64,000 nucleotides of DNA. Source: Oscillospiraceae bacterium. Its GTDB lineage: Bacteria; Bacillota; Clostridia; Oscillospirales; Ruminococcaceae. Position 1 is the first letter of the stretch, and each line of letters opens with the position of its first letter. A model generated the notes under the pieces. It did no database searches, was not told the origin of the DNA, and saw nothing but the letters and a program-made list of their open reading frames with translations. This document shows, piece by piece, positions 9,200-16,560 of this stretch. The stretch lies in assembly GCA_016296505.1 (NCBI GenBank), contig JAEDJD010000010.1:18119-82118 (forward strand), read 5' to 3'. A program made the translations under genes and the position numbers.

Positions 9200-9263
9200 A
9201 TTATATCACATGAGCGGTTAAGGTGCGGTTAAGATTACGGTTACGGTGTTAAGATTTCGTTAA
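9200..9263 (-). promoter_or_regulatory. candidate activator-dependent promoter of the trkH operon with four phased GTTAA repeats
   Basis: On the minus strand: TATAAT at 9205-9200, no good -35 (CCGCAC), and TTAAC direct repeats. Plus-strand GTTAA starts are at 9217, 9228, 9248 and 9259 (spacings 11, 20, 11 bp). This is typical geometry for OmpR-family tandem half-sites overlapping -35. Confidence 0.45.
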
Positions 9264-9537
9264 GGCACAATATTGATGTGTGCTACTTGCCCGTAGTCTA
9301 TTGGCGCACCTATAATCCGTTCCTTACAAGTCCGTTTCAGCATTATGGCGTGCGCCACAACAAAAGCATACTCTATTGGAACTGAATAACAGGTAAAGCC
9401 CTGAGATTTGCTTGTACAAGCATTTCTCCTGGCTTTTCTTTTCAAACGGTTAGTCTGTTGCTCTACAAGATGATGATATGTAGGTTTATTAGGTGCGGTC
9501 AATTATCAGCATAATGCGTAAAATCGCTGATTTGGGA

Positions 9538-9566
9538 TTGACGAGTATTCAGTTCTGTGCTATAAT
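9538..9566 (+). promoter_or_regulatory. sigma-A type promoter of the small RHH gene
   Basis: TTGACG (9538-9543), 17 nt spacer, TATAAT (9561-9566). Confidence 0.6.
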
Positions 9567-9609
9567 GGGAAATAGATGGTATATAATAATTCCCGCGAGG
9601 TGAATAGTA

Positions 9610-9759
9610 ATGTCAAAACAAGTACACTTGAGAATTGACGATTATGTATATGAAGCACTTACAAGCTATACAGCAAGTGCTGGTATTTCTGTGCAGGATA
9701 GCGTTTCTTTTGCTATTGTTCAGATGCTCGATATCGGGGATGGGGACGGCAGGACTTAA
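9610..9759 (+). CDS. ribbon-helix-helix (CopG/Arc-like) small DNA-binding protein, orphan
   Basis: 49-aa ORF missing from the track (under 60 aa): MSKQVHLRIDDYVYEALTSYTASAGISVQDSVSFAIVQMLDIGDGDGRT. SD GAGGTG lies 8 nt upstream. N-terminal beta-strand then two helices, the pattern of RHH antitoxins/repressors. No partner gene downstream. Confidence 0.5.
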   Translation: MSKQVHLRIDDYVYEALTSYTASAGISVQDSVSFAIVQMLDIGDGDGRT

Positions 9760-10170
9760 AACATAGTGCGTTCCGTCTGAAAAGGTTTCGCTGCAGTGTT
9801 CAAAAAAATCGGTACTACTTTCATTCTTCCAGCCGCTGTGGAAATTGATGCCTCTGCTTTTTCCTGTTGAGAATGAGCCTCTGTAAATGGAGAAATCATT
9901 GTTCACGGTGTTTTCGGAGTAAAGATTGATGTATTTCAGATAGATTCCACTGTAAAACGGAGCGTCGGAATTGCTGTTTGCGGTGGTATCGAGAATATAG
10001 AATGCACCGCTTGCAGGAGCAATCTGCATATTCAGGTAGAGCAGAAGCGTATTCACAATCGTGACAAAGATAGTTATATCTATGCCTATCTCCGACAAAA
10101 CCAATGGAAAGACTTGACCGTAAGGGTTTGTCTTGATGTTGGGTGAATAAACAAATCGACGCCCCTGTTC
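9760..10170 (-). pseudogene. start-less ORF fragment of unknown family
   Basis: The frame is open from 10170 with no ATG/GTG in good context (the track uses TTG at 10104). It runs antisense into the RHH gene. The sequence ('GAFYILDTTANSNSDAPFYSGIYLKY...') matches no family I recognise. Confidence 0.2.
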
Positions 10171-10189
10171 TTAGAAACAGGGGCGTTTT
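10160..10189. terminator. palindromic hairpin terminator
   Basis: CGCCCCTGTT / AACAGGGGCG stem (10 bp), 6-nt loop, TTTT on the plus strand and a moderately U-rich tail on the minus strand. Confidence 0.5.
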
Positions 10190-10206
10190 GTCATATATAT
10201 AGAAAT

Positions 10207-10247
10207 CCACAGACGCACTATCAAAATAGTATGCCTGTGGTTTTTTT
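10207..10247. terminator. hairpin + T7 terminator (A-run on the other side; possibly bidirectional)
   Basis: CCACAGACGCACTAT / ATAGTATGCCTGTGG (15-bp stem with 2 wobbles and 1 mismatch) followed by TTTTTTT. Its right arm is the first 10 nt of repeat copy B. Confidence 0.55.
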
Positions 10248-10310
10248 ATTTCTTTGAAAACTCTGCTACAATCCGTCCCAGAAGTTCATACTGCTCTGCG
10301 GACAGATGTT
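10231..10310. repeat. 80-bp direct repeat, copy B
   Basis: 73/80 identical to 5011-5090. On the minus strand it contains an intact 23-codon sORF (10317-10246, MKKHLSAEQYELLGRIVAEFSKK*) just downstream of the thioredoxin-like gene. Confidence 0.85.
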
Positions 10311-10380
10311 TTTTCATTCCTTATGATCGCTTCACGGAATGCATTCGCAGGATATTTTCTCAATTCTTCAGAATTGCAAT

Positions 10381-10743
10381 TTACTGAACAAGCATATCGT
10401 TTATAAGCGTTATTATCTCCGCAGGTTTCAGAGTTTTACCAGAGGATACGAGCTTTTCATTGACCACTAGCGCAGGCATTGACATTACACCATACTCCAT
10501 GATCTTCTGCAAGTCTGTGATATACTCGACCTCGATGCCCATGCCTTCTACAGCCTTAACAGTGTTGTCATAGAGCTGATGACAGGCTTTGCAGCCAGAG
10601 CCAAGAACCTTGATACAGCAGATACCGTCAACAGTTTTACCGCAGCAAGTGGATGTTGTCTCGCTTATAGGCTGTTCTCTGCCGCAACAGCAGCATAGAG
10701 TTCCCTCTTTCTTTTCTTCCTTTTTCTTTCCGAACAATGCCAT
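10381..10743 (-). CDS. thioredoxin-fold redox-active disulfide protein (TM0996/MTH895-like) with Cys-rich N-terminal extension
   Basis: The C-terminal roughly 77 aa, 'IKVLGSGCKACHQL...MSMPALVVNEKLVSSGK', is the small glutaredoxin-like fold with GCxxC. The N-terminal 43 aa carry CCCC, CC and CC clusters (8 Cys). Confidence 0.75.
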   Translation of the reverse strand: MALFGKKKEEKKEGTLCCCCGREQPISETTSTCCGKTVDGICCIKVLGSGCKACHQLYDNTVKAVEGMGIEVEYITDLQKIMEYGVMSMPALVVNEKLVSSGKTLKPAEIITLINDMLVQ

Positions 10744-10755
10744 GATATGTACCTC

Positions 10756-11751
10756 CTAAACAATGTAATTTTGAATGATCTGAAAGAAATATCCGGCAAG
10801 GATAATTCCCAGCGTACAAACGGCTATGAAAATGCCGAGCAGCTTAGGCTTTATTACTTTTTTCAGCATGATCATCGACGGGAGCGATAGCGTAATAACG
10901 CTCATCAAAAAGGCGAGAACAACGCCGAGGTTTGCTCCCTTGGCGACCAACGCTTCTGCAATGGGAATACAACCGAAAATATCTGCATACATAGGTATGC
11001 CGCAAATTGCTGCAATGATAACGCCGAAGGGATTTCCCGTTCCGAGAACTTTGACGATCCATTCCTCCGGTGTCCAGTTGTGAATAAAGGCTCCGATTCC
11101 TACGCCGACTATGACATAGGGCAATACCTTTTTCGCGGTTTCAGCGACTTGCTCCCAAGCATATTTCAGACGGTCACGCTTTGTAAGTTCATTCTGCGGA
11201 GTATCCATGCTTTTGCCGTTCCGGATAAACGCCTCCACCTGATCTTCAAGGTGCAGTTTTTCAATGAAAGTACCGCCTGCGACTGCAATCACAAGCCCCA
11301 GCAGTACATATACAACCGCAACCTTCCAGCCGAATATACTCATCAGCAGAACAAGCGAGCCTAAGTCAACCATTGGCGATGATATCAGGAATGAAAACGT
11401 CACGCCCAGCGGAAGTCCTGCGCTTGTAAAACCCATAAACAACGGTATTGAGGAACAGGAGCAGAACGGTGTGACTGTGCCAAGCAAAGCAGCGATACAG
11501 TTTGCTCCGATTCCGTGAAACCTGCCGAGTATCTTTTTTACTCTCTCAGGAGGGAAATAGCTTTGTATATATGTGATTATAAATATCAAAATACAGAGCA
11601 GAGCCAAAATTTTTATCGTATCATAGAGGAAGAATTGCAGACTTCCGCCGAGCTTGCTGCCGGTATCAAGACCGCAGACGTTCAACAGGGAGCCAATCAG
11701 CCTGTTCAGCCATTTCATGCCGAATATCTCGTCCTGAATCAAGTCCCACAC
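10756..11751 (-). CDS. ArsP/DUF318-type permease
   Basis: 331 aa, polytopic membrane protein. The 'TPFCSCSSIPLF' CxC motif lies in a TM segment. This family commonly sits between ArsR and the small thioredoxin-like gene. Confidence 0.7.
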   Translation of the reverse strand: MWDLIQDEIFGMKWLNRLIGSLLNVCGLDTGSKLGGSLQFFLYDTIKILALLCILIFIITYIQSYFPPERVKKILGRFHGIGANCIAALLGTVTPFCSCSSIPLFMGFTSAGLPLGVTFSFLISSPMVDLGSLVLLMSIFGWKVAVVYVLLGLVIAVAGGTFIEKLHLEDQVEAFIRNGKSMDTPQNELTKRDRLKYAWEQVAETAKKVLPYVIVGVGIGAFIHNWTPEEWIVKVLGTGNPFGVIIAAICGIPMYADIFGCIPIAEALVAKGANLGVVLAFLMSVITLSLPSMIMLKKVIKPKLLGIFIAVCTLGIILAGYFFQIIQNYIV

Positions 11752-11753
11752 TT

Positions 11754-12197
11754 TTATTCATCGCCTCCGAGCATTTCTGCAACAATCTCTGCCGCTGCCC
11801 TTACCATTTCGGGACACAGTGTACCAAACAGACCATTTGACCTTGCATAGTTTCTTCCTTCTTCAGTTCTGAGATCGCAGCCGAGAATGTCGCGGCAGAC
11901 ATATGAACCCTTGTTTTTTTCAAATTCATCAAGGAACTTAACTGCCACAGTGCTGCCTTTGGCACGGCTCGCAGCGTCAAGGAGATCAAACTGACCGTAT
12001 TTCATACCAAGAACCATCAGCGCACCGGTGCAGGCACCGCAGACCTCGCCTTTGTTCATTCCACCGCCGAAGCAAGCGCCGATCTGCAATGCCTGCTTCT
12101 CAGTAATGCCGAACTGTTCCGCAAACGCCGCAAATACTGCCTGCGAACACATATAGCCTTCTTCATAATACTGTACTGCTTTCGTAACATGATCCAT
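11754..12197 (-). CDS. C_GCAxxG_C_C family putative redox protein
   Basis: 147 aa. 'YMCSQAV' N-terminal Cys, 'VCGACTGALMVLG' core motif, C-terminal 'YVCRDILGC' and 'LCPEMV'. Confidence 0.75.
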   Translation of the reverse strand: MDHVTKAVQYYEEGYMCSQAVFAAFAEQFGITEKQALQIGACFGGGMNKGEVCGACTGALMVLGMKYGQFDLLDAASRAKGSTVAVKFLDEFEKNKGSYVCRDILGCDLRTEEGRNYARSNGLFGTLCPEMVRAAAEIVAEMLGGDE

Positions 12198-12211
12198 TAT
12201 CTTTTCCTCCG

Positions 12212-12235
12212 ATAGTTATATTTAGATATGTCTAT
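12212..12235. promoter_or_regulatory. candidate ArsR operator (imperfect 24-bp palindrome)
   Basis: ATAGTTATATTTAGATATGTCTAT is self-complementary at 18/24 positions. It lies between the arsR stop and the SD of the C_GCAxxG gene. Confidence 0.3.
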
Positions 12236-12271
12236 TTGATAATGCTGTGATAAGCCGTATCGGAATACGGC

Positions 12272-12583
12272 TCATTGCTTATAACAGCAATTATTCTCAT
12301 TTTCGCTTACCGCCGTGATATCTTTCAGGCAGTCCATCGCAACTTTCGCACCTTCTGCCGAAATAGAGTAGTGCATCCACTTCCCCTCTTTTCTGCCGAC
12401 CACAAGGCCGCTGTCGCAGAGTATCTTCATATGGTGGGAAAGCGTCGGCTGACTCAGGTGCATTTTCTCAAGTAAATGACAGGCACATCGCTCACCGTTT
12501 TGCAGAATTCTGAAAATCTGTACACGGTTTTCATCGCACAGAGCTTTGAATATTACCGTGATCTGCTTATTTGAAGGCTCCAC
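12272..12583 (-). CDS. ArsR/SmtB-family metalloregulatory repressor
   Basis: 103 aa, GTG start with SD GAGGTG. HTH 'LSQPTLSHHMKIL'. 'ERCACHLLE' occupies the position of the ELCVCDL metal(loid)-binding motif. Confidence 0.85.
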   Translation of the reverse strand: MEPSNKQITVIFKALCDENRVQIFRILQNGERCACHLLEKMHLSQPTLSHHMKILCDSGLVVGRKEGKWMHYSISAEGAKVAMDCLKDITAVSENENNCCYKQ

Positions 12584-12612
12584 GTTCTCACCTCACATTG
12601 AAGATTTTCTAT

Positions 12613-12641
12613 ATTATAACACACAAATCGAAAAATGTCAA
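12613..12641 (-). promoter_or_regulatory. consensus sigma-A promoter of the arsR operon
   Basis: Minus strand: TTGACA (12641-12636), 17 nt spacer, TATAAT (12618-12613). Confidence 0.6.
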
Positions 12642-12847
12642 TATGTTTTTGAAAAAAAGAAAACGCTCTCACAACGGGAACTGAACCGAACCATTTTGTA
12701 CGGACAGCACAAAAGCGCCCCTATGTGAAAATGAATCAGGTACTGAACTGGCGCCGCAATTCATCTCTATTCAAAAGGATCTCATATCGGTGCATATCCT
12801 TCGTTTACGCATATCGAAAGATCAGAAACGAGTATGCTTCATGCAGC

Positions 12848-12906
12848 AAGTTGCCATTTTCATAGGGTAAGTTGCATTGACAATTTGTTTGATTTTATGA
12901 TATGAT
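12848..12906 (+). promoter_or_regulatory. candidate LytTR-box promoter
   Basis: AAGTTGCC (12848) and AAGTTGCA (12869) are direct repeats exactly 21 bp apart. They abut TTGACA (12877-12882), followed by an 18-nt spacer and TATGAT (12901-12906). Confidence 0.5.
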
Positions 12907-13005
12907 ATAGTTAAGATCATACTGTCAGGACGCTATATCAATTACTATGCCGGAATCTGATGAAAACGCTTGATATTGTACCAATTCAAAAAACGGAGGC
13001 TGGTC

Positions 13006-13458
13006 ATGAAAATTATAATAGAACCCCCTCGGTCAGATGAAGAAGATGATGTCATTATTGTCAGATGCGCTTCACCGGATCAAAGGCTGATCTCCATGCT
13101 GCTTGCATTCCAGAATGCCAATACAGAGCTTACGGGTTATCTGAACGACAAAATTGTACCTCTGAACTATCATGATATCTATTATTTTGAGGCAAACGAA
13201 AACCGTGTTTTTGCATATTACAGCTCAGATGTTTACGAAATCAAGCATAAGCTTTATGAACTGGAAGCGCGCTTTGTACCGTTTGATTTCATTCGATGTT
13301 CCAAATCCATGATCGTAAATATGGAAAAGATAGAATATCTTTCACCGCTTTTCAGCGGCAAGATGGAAGCGCATTTAAAAAACGGTGAAAGCATCGTCAT
13401 CTCACGGCAATATGTACATCAAATAAAAGCCAAGCTTGGGATCGGGGAAGTAGAATAA
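13006..13458 (+). CDS. LytTR-family DNA-binding protein without receiver domain
   Basis: SD GGAGG upstream of ATG 13006. The C-terminal two-thirds match the LytTR domain ('IYYFEANENRVFAYYSSDVYEIKHKLYELEARF...FIRCSKSMIVNMEKIEYL...ISRQY'). Confidence 0.8.
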   Translation: MKIIIEPPRSDEEDDVIIVRCASPDQRLISMLLAFQNANTELTGYLNDKIVPLNYHDIYYFEANENRVFAYYSSDVYEIKHKLYELEARFVPFDFIRCSKSMIVNMEKIEYLSPLFSGKMEAHLKNGESIVISRQYVHQIKAKLGIGEVE

Positions 13459-13880
13459 TGTTAAAGGAATTTTTATCTTCATTATTGCATTATTTTGTAA
13501 ACATTACAACCGCCGTTTTACTTGTCACAGCGATATATCTCACCATTTCCGGACAGCAGATGGACAGCGTGATATTATGGGAAATACTTCTGAGTGGATT
13601 CATCACCGCATTGCCATCTGCTTTGCTTGTGTGTCTGGATGTGAAAAGCGGCAGGATTCTATTGCTGCTATGGCTGGCACATTTCCTGCTGATATTCTTT
13701 CTCACATTATGGATGGTAGATTTTTTCGGCTGGTACAAAATTACGGCATTGTCAGCGCTGCTGACCTTTTTGGGCGTTGTGTTCATATACCTCTTTACCT
13801 GCATTGTCCATTACATTGTAGATATGAAGCACGCCGCATTGATGAATCAGCAGCTGAAACGGCGTTACCATGAAAAATAA
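13458..13880 (+). CDS. DUF3021-like four-TM membrane protein (putative LytTR inhibitor)
   Basis: TAATG stop/start overlap with the LytTR gene. 140 aa, 4 predicted TM helices. Size and position are typical of DUF3021 partners of LytTR proteins. Confidence 0.65.
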   Translation: MLKEFLSSLLHYFVNITTAVLLVTAIYLTISGQQMDSVILWEILLSGFITALPSALLVCLDVKSGRILLLLWLAHFLLIFFLTLWMVDFFGWYKITALSALLTFLGVVFIYLFTCIVHYIVDMKHAALMNQQLKRRYHEK

Positions 13881-13900
13881 ATATGAATGGAGAGATTATC

Positions 13901-16546
13901 ATGAAACACAAACGATTCGCATTTTTGACATCAGTTGTAATGATTGCTTCCACGCTAACCATACTGCCTGTGCAGGCTGCCGATTCGTCCGCATACGAAT
14001 CGGTCATCGGTACGCTGCCCGACTGGACGCCGATGAGTTTTGTCGAAGCAATGGAGTTTTACAACGAATACGGAAAATCCCATGTAGAAGACAATTTCAT
14101 TTGTCTTGTCAAACCGATTCCGCTGAATCAGAAGGACATTTATCGAACATCTATTTCCGGCAGTATGACAATGGTAAATACGCCTGCCTGCACAAGTCCT
14201 GCACTTTTCGAGCTTGAAATCCCTGAAAAGCCGGACCCGAATGATGCTGAAGCACTGGAGTCATATGCAGCTTACTGCGAAAGTCTGGGCATTCCCTCCG
14301 ATGATTACAGTTTTTTTGAAAAATATAAGGAAAGCGAAGTACAGTACGCCTTTGAAGTCCAGATGTTCCATGTGCTGGAAGGACATGATCTGACAGTAGA
14401 TTGGCTGATAGACTATGGCGATGGGTATAAGAAAATCATAGATGAGACATTTACCTTTGAAAATCCAAGCGGCTTTATTGAACAGACCGACATCTATAGC
14501 TGGCTGCCGGACTGCCCTGCTGAGTATAATTGGCTTAAAAGCTACAGTCATCATAGCACCCTTGCTTCCTGTGCTGCCTGCGTTTATTACAACCCTCATA
14601 CCCACAAACCATATATCGCATACTGCGCAGATGTAAACGGCAGTACAGGAGCTTCCCTGCAAATGGAACAAAAGGGCGATGGTGCGATTGAAAAAATGAT
14701 GGAATCGAACTGTAACGAATTTGATTTGCGTGCATTGGTAGAGCCTGTGAGTGGAAGAACTTCTTCTTCCGTTATCGTATATCAGCCCACTGCGGACGGA
14801 CTGGTTGATGTGGAATGGTCGGTCGGCAGGAGCTGGTCTGACGAGGCACCTTTCGATATAACACTCGGAAGCTATCACATAAAGAATCATTGCACCGAGA
14901 TTATTGACATCTCCAGCGGCAGTACAATTATGACTTTTATAGACGCAGATACAGGCGAGCTGATTGACGTTCCTGAGAATTCTTCGTTCTTGAAAAATAC
15001 GATACAGAGCAGTTCCGATGAGCCTTGTCTCAGTGAACTTTTTCCTATTTCCTCCAATCCCTGCATCTTGGATTCAAACAGAGCCTATGATCCGAATTGT
15101 TCCTATTCTTTTGACATCAGGACGGAAGACGGCTACTATGACTTTCAAGGATTTGAAGTCACATCCGAAACCGAAAACCGTGTTGAAGTAACCTGCAAAA
15201 TGAGCTGCAAAACGAATCCCGAGCCTGTTCTTCCGGATGGTGCAACAAGAATTACGCTGTATGATAAGGATACGGGCAAACTGATTCCGAATGAAACAGT
15301 CCAGCATCATCACTTCCACTTTGGCACGAATATCGGCATCAAGAATCCGAATGTGCCCGGCGGATGGTCGTACACAGGTCCGTTTTATTCTGTAGATTCC
15401 AATCCCATGCTTCTTGAAACCGATCAGTTGGCACATTTTTACAAATATGCTGATCTGTTTGAATTCACCACCGAAGATAAACCGGAGGTAATCTATTACA
15501 GCAACGACTCTATGGATCTGATATTCCGAATCAAGATTGAGGTCTCCGGCAACATCAATGGCGACAGTGAATTCAGTATTTCTGACGCAGTCTTATTACA
15601 AAAATGGCTGTTCGGAGTACCAGAGGTCGAAATTTATAACTGGGCAGATGGCGACTTGAATCTCAATAATCAACTGGACGCAGGTGATCTCAGCCTCATG
15701 AAGCGCAAGCTGATTGAAAAAAATACGCCCTCTTATGTAGAGCCTGATCATCGTCTGACAAACTCGTCACCACTCTTTGTGATGGTCGATAACCTGAAAT
15801 TATATTCGGGACCCGATGAAAGCTATCCTGTCATCAATTCTATTCCTGGGGGAACACGTATTTATGAAATAGGTTATCAGGATAATAATGATAACTGGAG
15901 TTTCACTGAATATGACGGGCAGTATGGCTGGATCCCAATCGTTATCGATGATAAAATGACGGTCTTTTATGAGGCGTATGCCAGCAAACCTGTAATCTAC
16001 CTTTATCCCGAACAGGAGATGGATGTCCGTGTGGATCTGGAACTGACCGAATCCGAACTCTCCACAACCTATCCGAAATACAATAATGGCTGGGATGTGA
16101 TCGCATATCCGGATGGTACGCTTCTGAACAAGGCGGACTGTACCCATCACAAATATCTTTTCTGGGATAGCAAAAACTGCCGCACAAGATTTGATTTCTC
16201 CGAGGGATTCTGTGTTGCAGGCAGCGATACAGAGCGTTTTCTCAAGGAAAAACTCACGTATATGGGACTGACCGAGAACGAAATGAATGAATTCATCGTC
16301 TACTGGCTGCCGATTATGGAGCATAATGCGTATAACCTGATTACATTCCAAGGCGACGCCTATACAAATTCTGCAAAGCTGAACATCACGCCCACTCCTG
16401 ACAGCCTCCTTCGTATCTTCATGGCATATGTTCCGCTTGAAAACGCCGTGGACATTACGCCTCAGAAGCTTGAAAGCTTTGAACGAAAGGGCTTTACAGT
16501 TGTTGAATGGGGCGGAACAGAAATCAAACACAATCCCAATTCATAA
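13901..16546 (+). CDS. secreted dockerin- and SH3b-containing protein of unknown function
   Basis: SD GGAGAG. Signal peptide MKHKRFAFLTSVVMIASTLTILPVQA/AD. Internal type-I dockerin ('NGDSEFSISDAVLLQKWL...DLNLNNQLDAGDLSLMKRKL'). SH3b ('LKLYSGPDESYPVINSIPGGTRIYEIGY...DGQYGWIP'). The C-terminal roughly 230 aa ('KPVIYLYPE...') are unassigned. Confidence 0.8.
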   Translation: MKHKRFAFLTSVVMIASTLTILPVQAADSSAYESVIGTLPDWTPMSFVEAMEFYNEYGKSHVEDNFICLVKPIPLNQKDIYRTSISGSMTMVNTPACTSPALFELEIPEKPDPNDAEALESYAAYCESLGIPSDDYSFFEKYKESEVQYAFEVQMFHVLEGHDLTVDWLIDYGDGYKKIIDETFTFENPSGFIEQTDIYSWLPDCPAEYNWLKSYSHHSTLASCAACVYYNPHTHKPYIAYCADVNGSTGASLQMEQKGDGAIEKMMESNCNEFDLRALVEPVSGRTSSSVIVYQPTADGLVDVEWSVGRSWSDEAPFDITLGSYHIKNHCTEIIDISSGSTIMTFIDADTGELIDVPENSSFLKNTIQSSSDEPCLSELFPISSNPCILDSNRAYDPNCSYSFDIRTEDGYYDFQGFEVTSETENRVEVTCKMSCKTNPEPVLPDGATRITLYDKDTGKLIPNETVQHHHFHFGTNIGIKNPNVPGGWSYTGPFYSVDSNPMLLETDQLAHFYKYADLFEFTTEDKPEVIYYSNDSMDLIFRIKIEVSGNINGDSEFSISDAVLLQKWLFGVPEVEIYNWADGDLNLNNQLDAGDLSLMKRKLIEKNTPSYVEPDHRLTNSSPLFVMVDNLKLYSGPDESYPVINSIPGGTRIYEIGYQDNNDNWSFTEYDGQYGWIPIVIDDKMTVFYEAYASKPVIYLYPEQEMDVRVDLELTESELSTTYPKYNNGWDVIAYPDGTLLNKADCTHHKYLFWDSKNCRTRFDFSEGFCVAGSDTERFLKEKLTYMGLTENEMNEFIVYWLPIMEHNAYNLITFQGDAYTNSAKLNITPTPDSLLRIFMAYVPLENAVDITPQKLESFERKGFTVVEWGGTEIKHNPNS

Positions 16547-16560
16547 CATAATCAGCGAAC

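Noticed and set aside
9189-9537. Possible c-di-AMP (ydaO/kimA-type) riboswitch upstream of trkH, and the 80-aa ORF 9260-9502.
   Set aside because: I could not find the pseudo-two-fold ACGGGGA/CCGA-type conserved blocks on the minus strand, and the TATAAT is only about 30 nt from the ATG. The ORF has no SD and odd composition. A covariance-model search (RF00379) would settle it.
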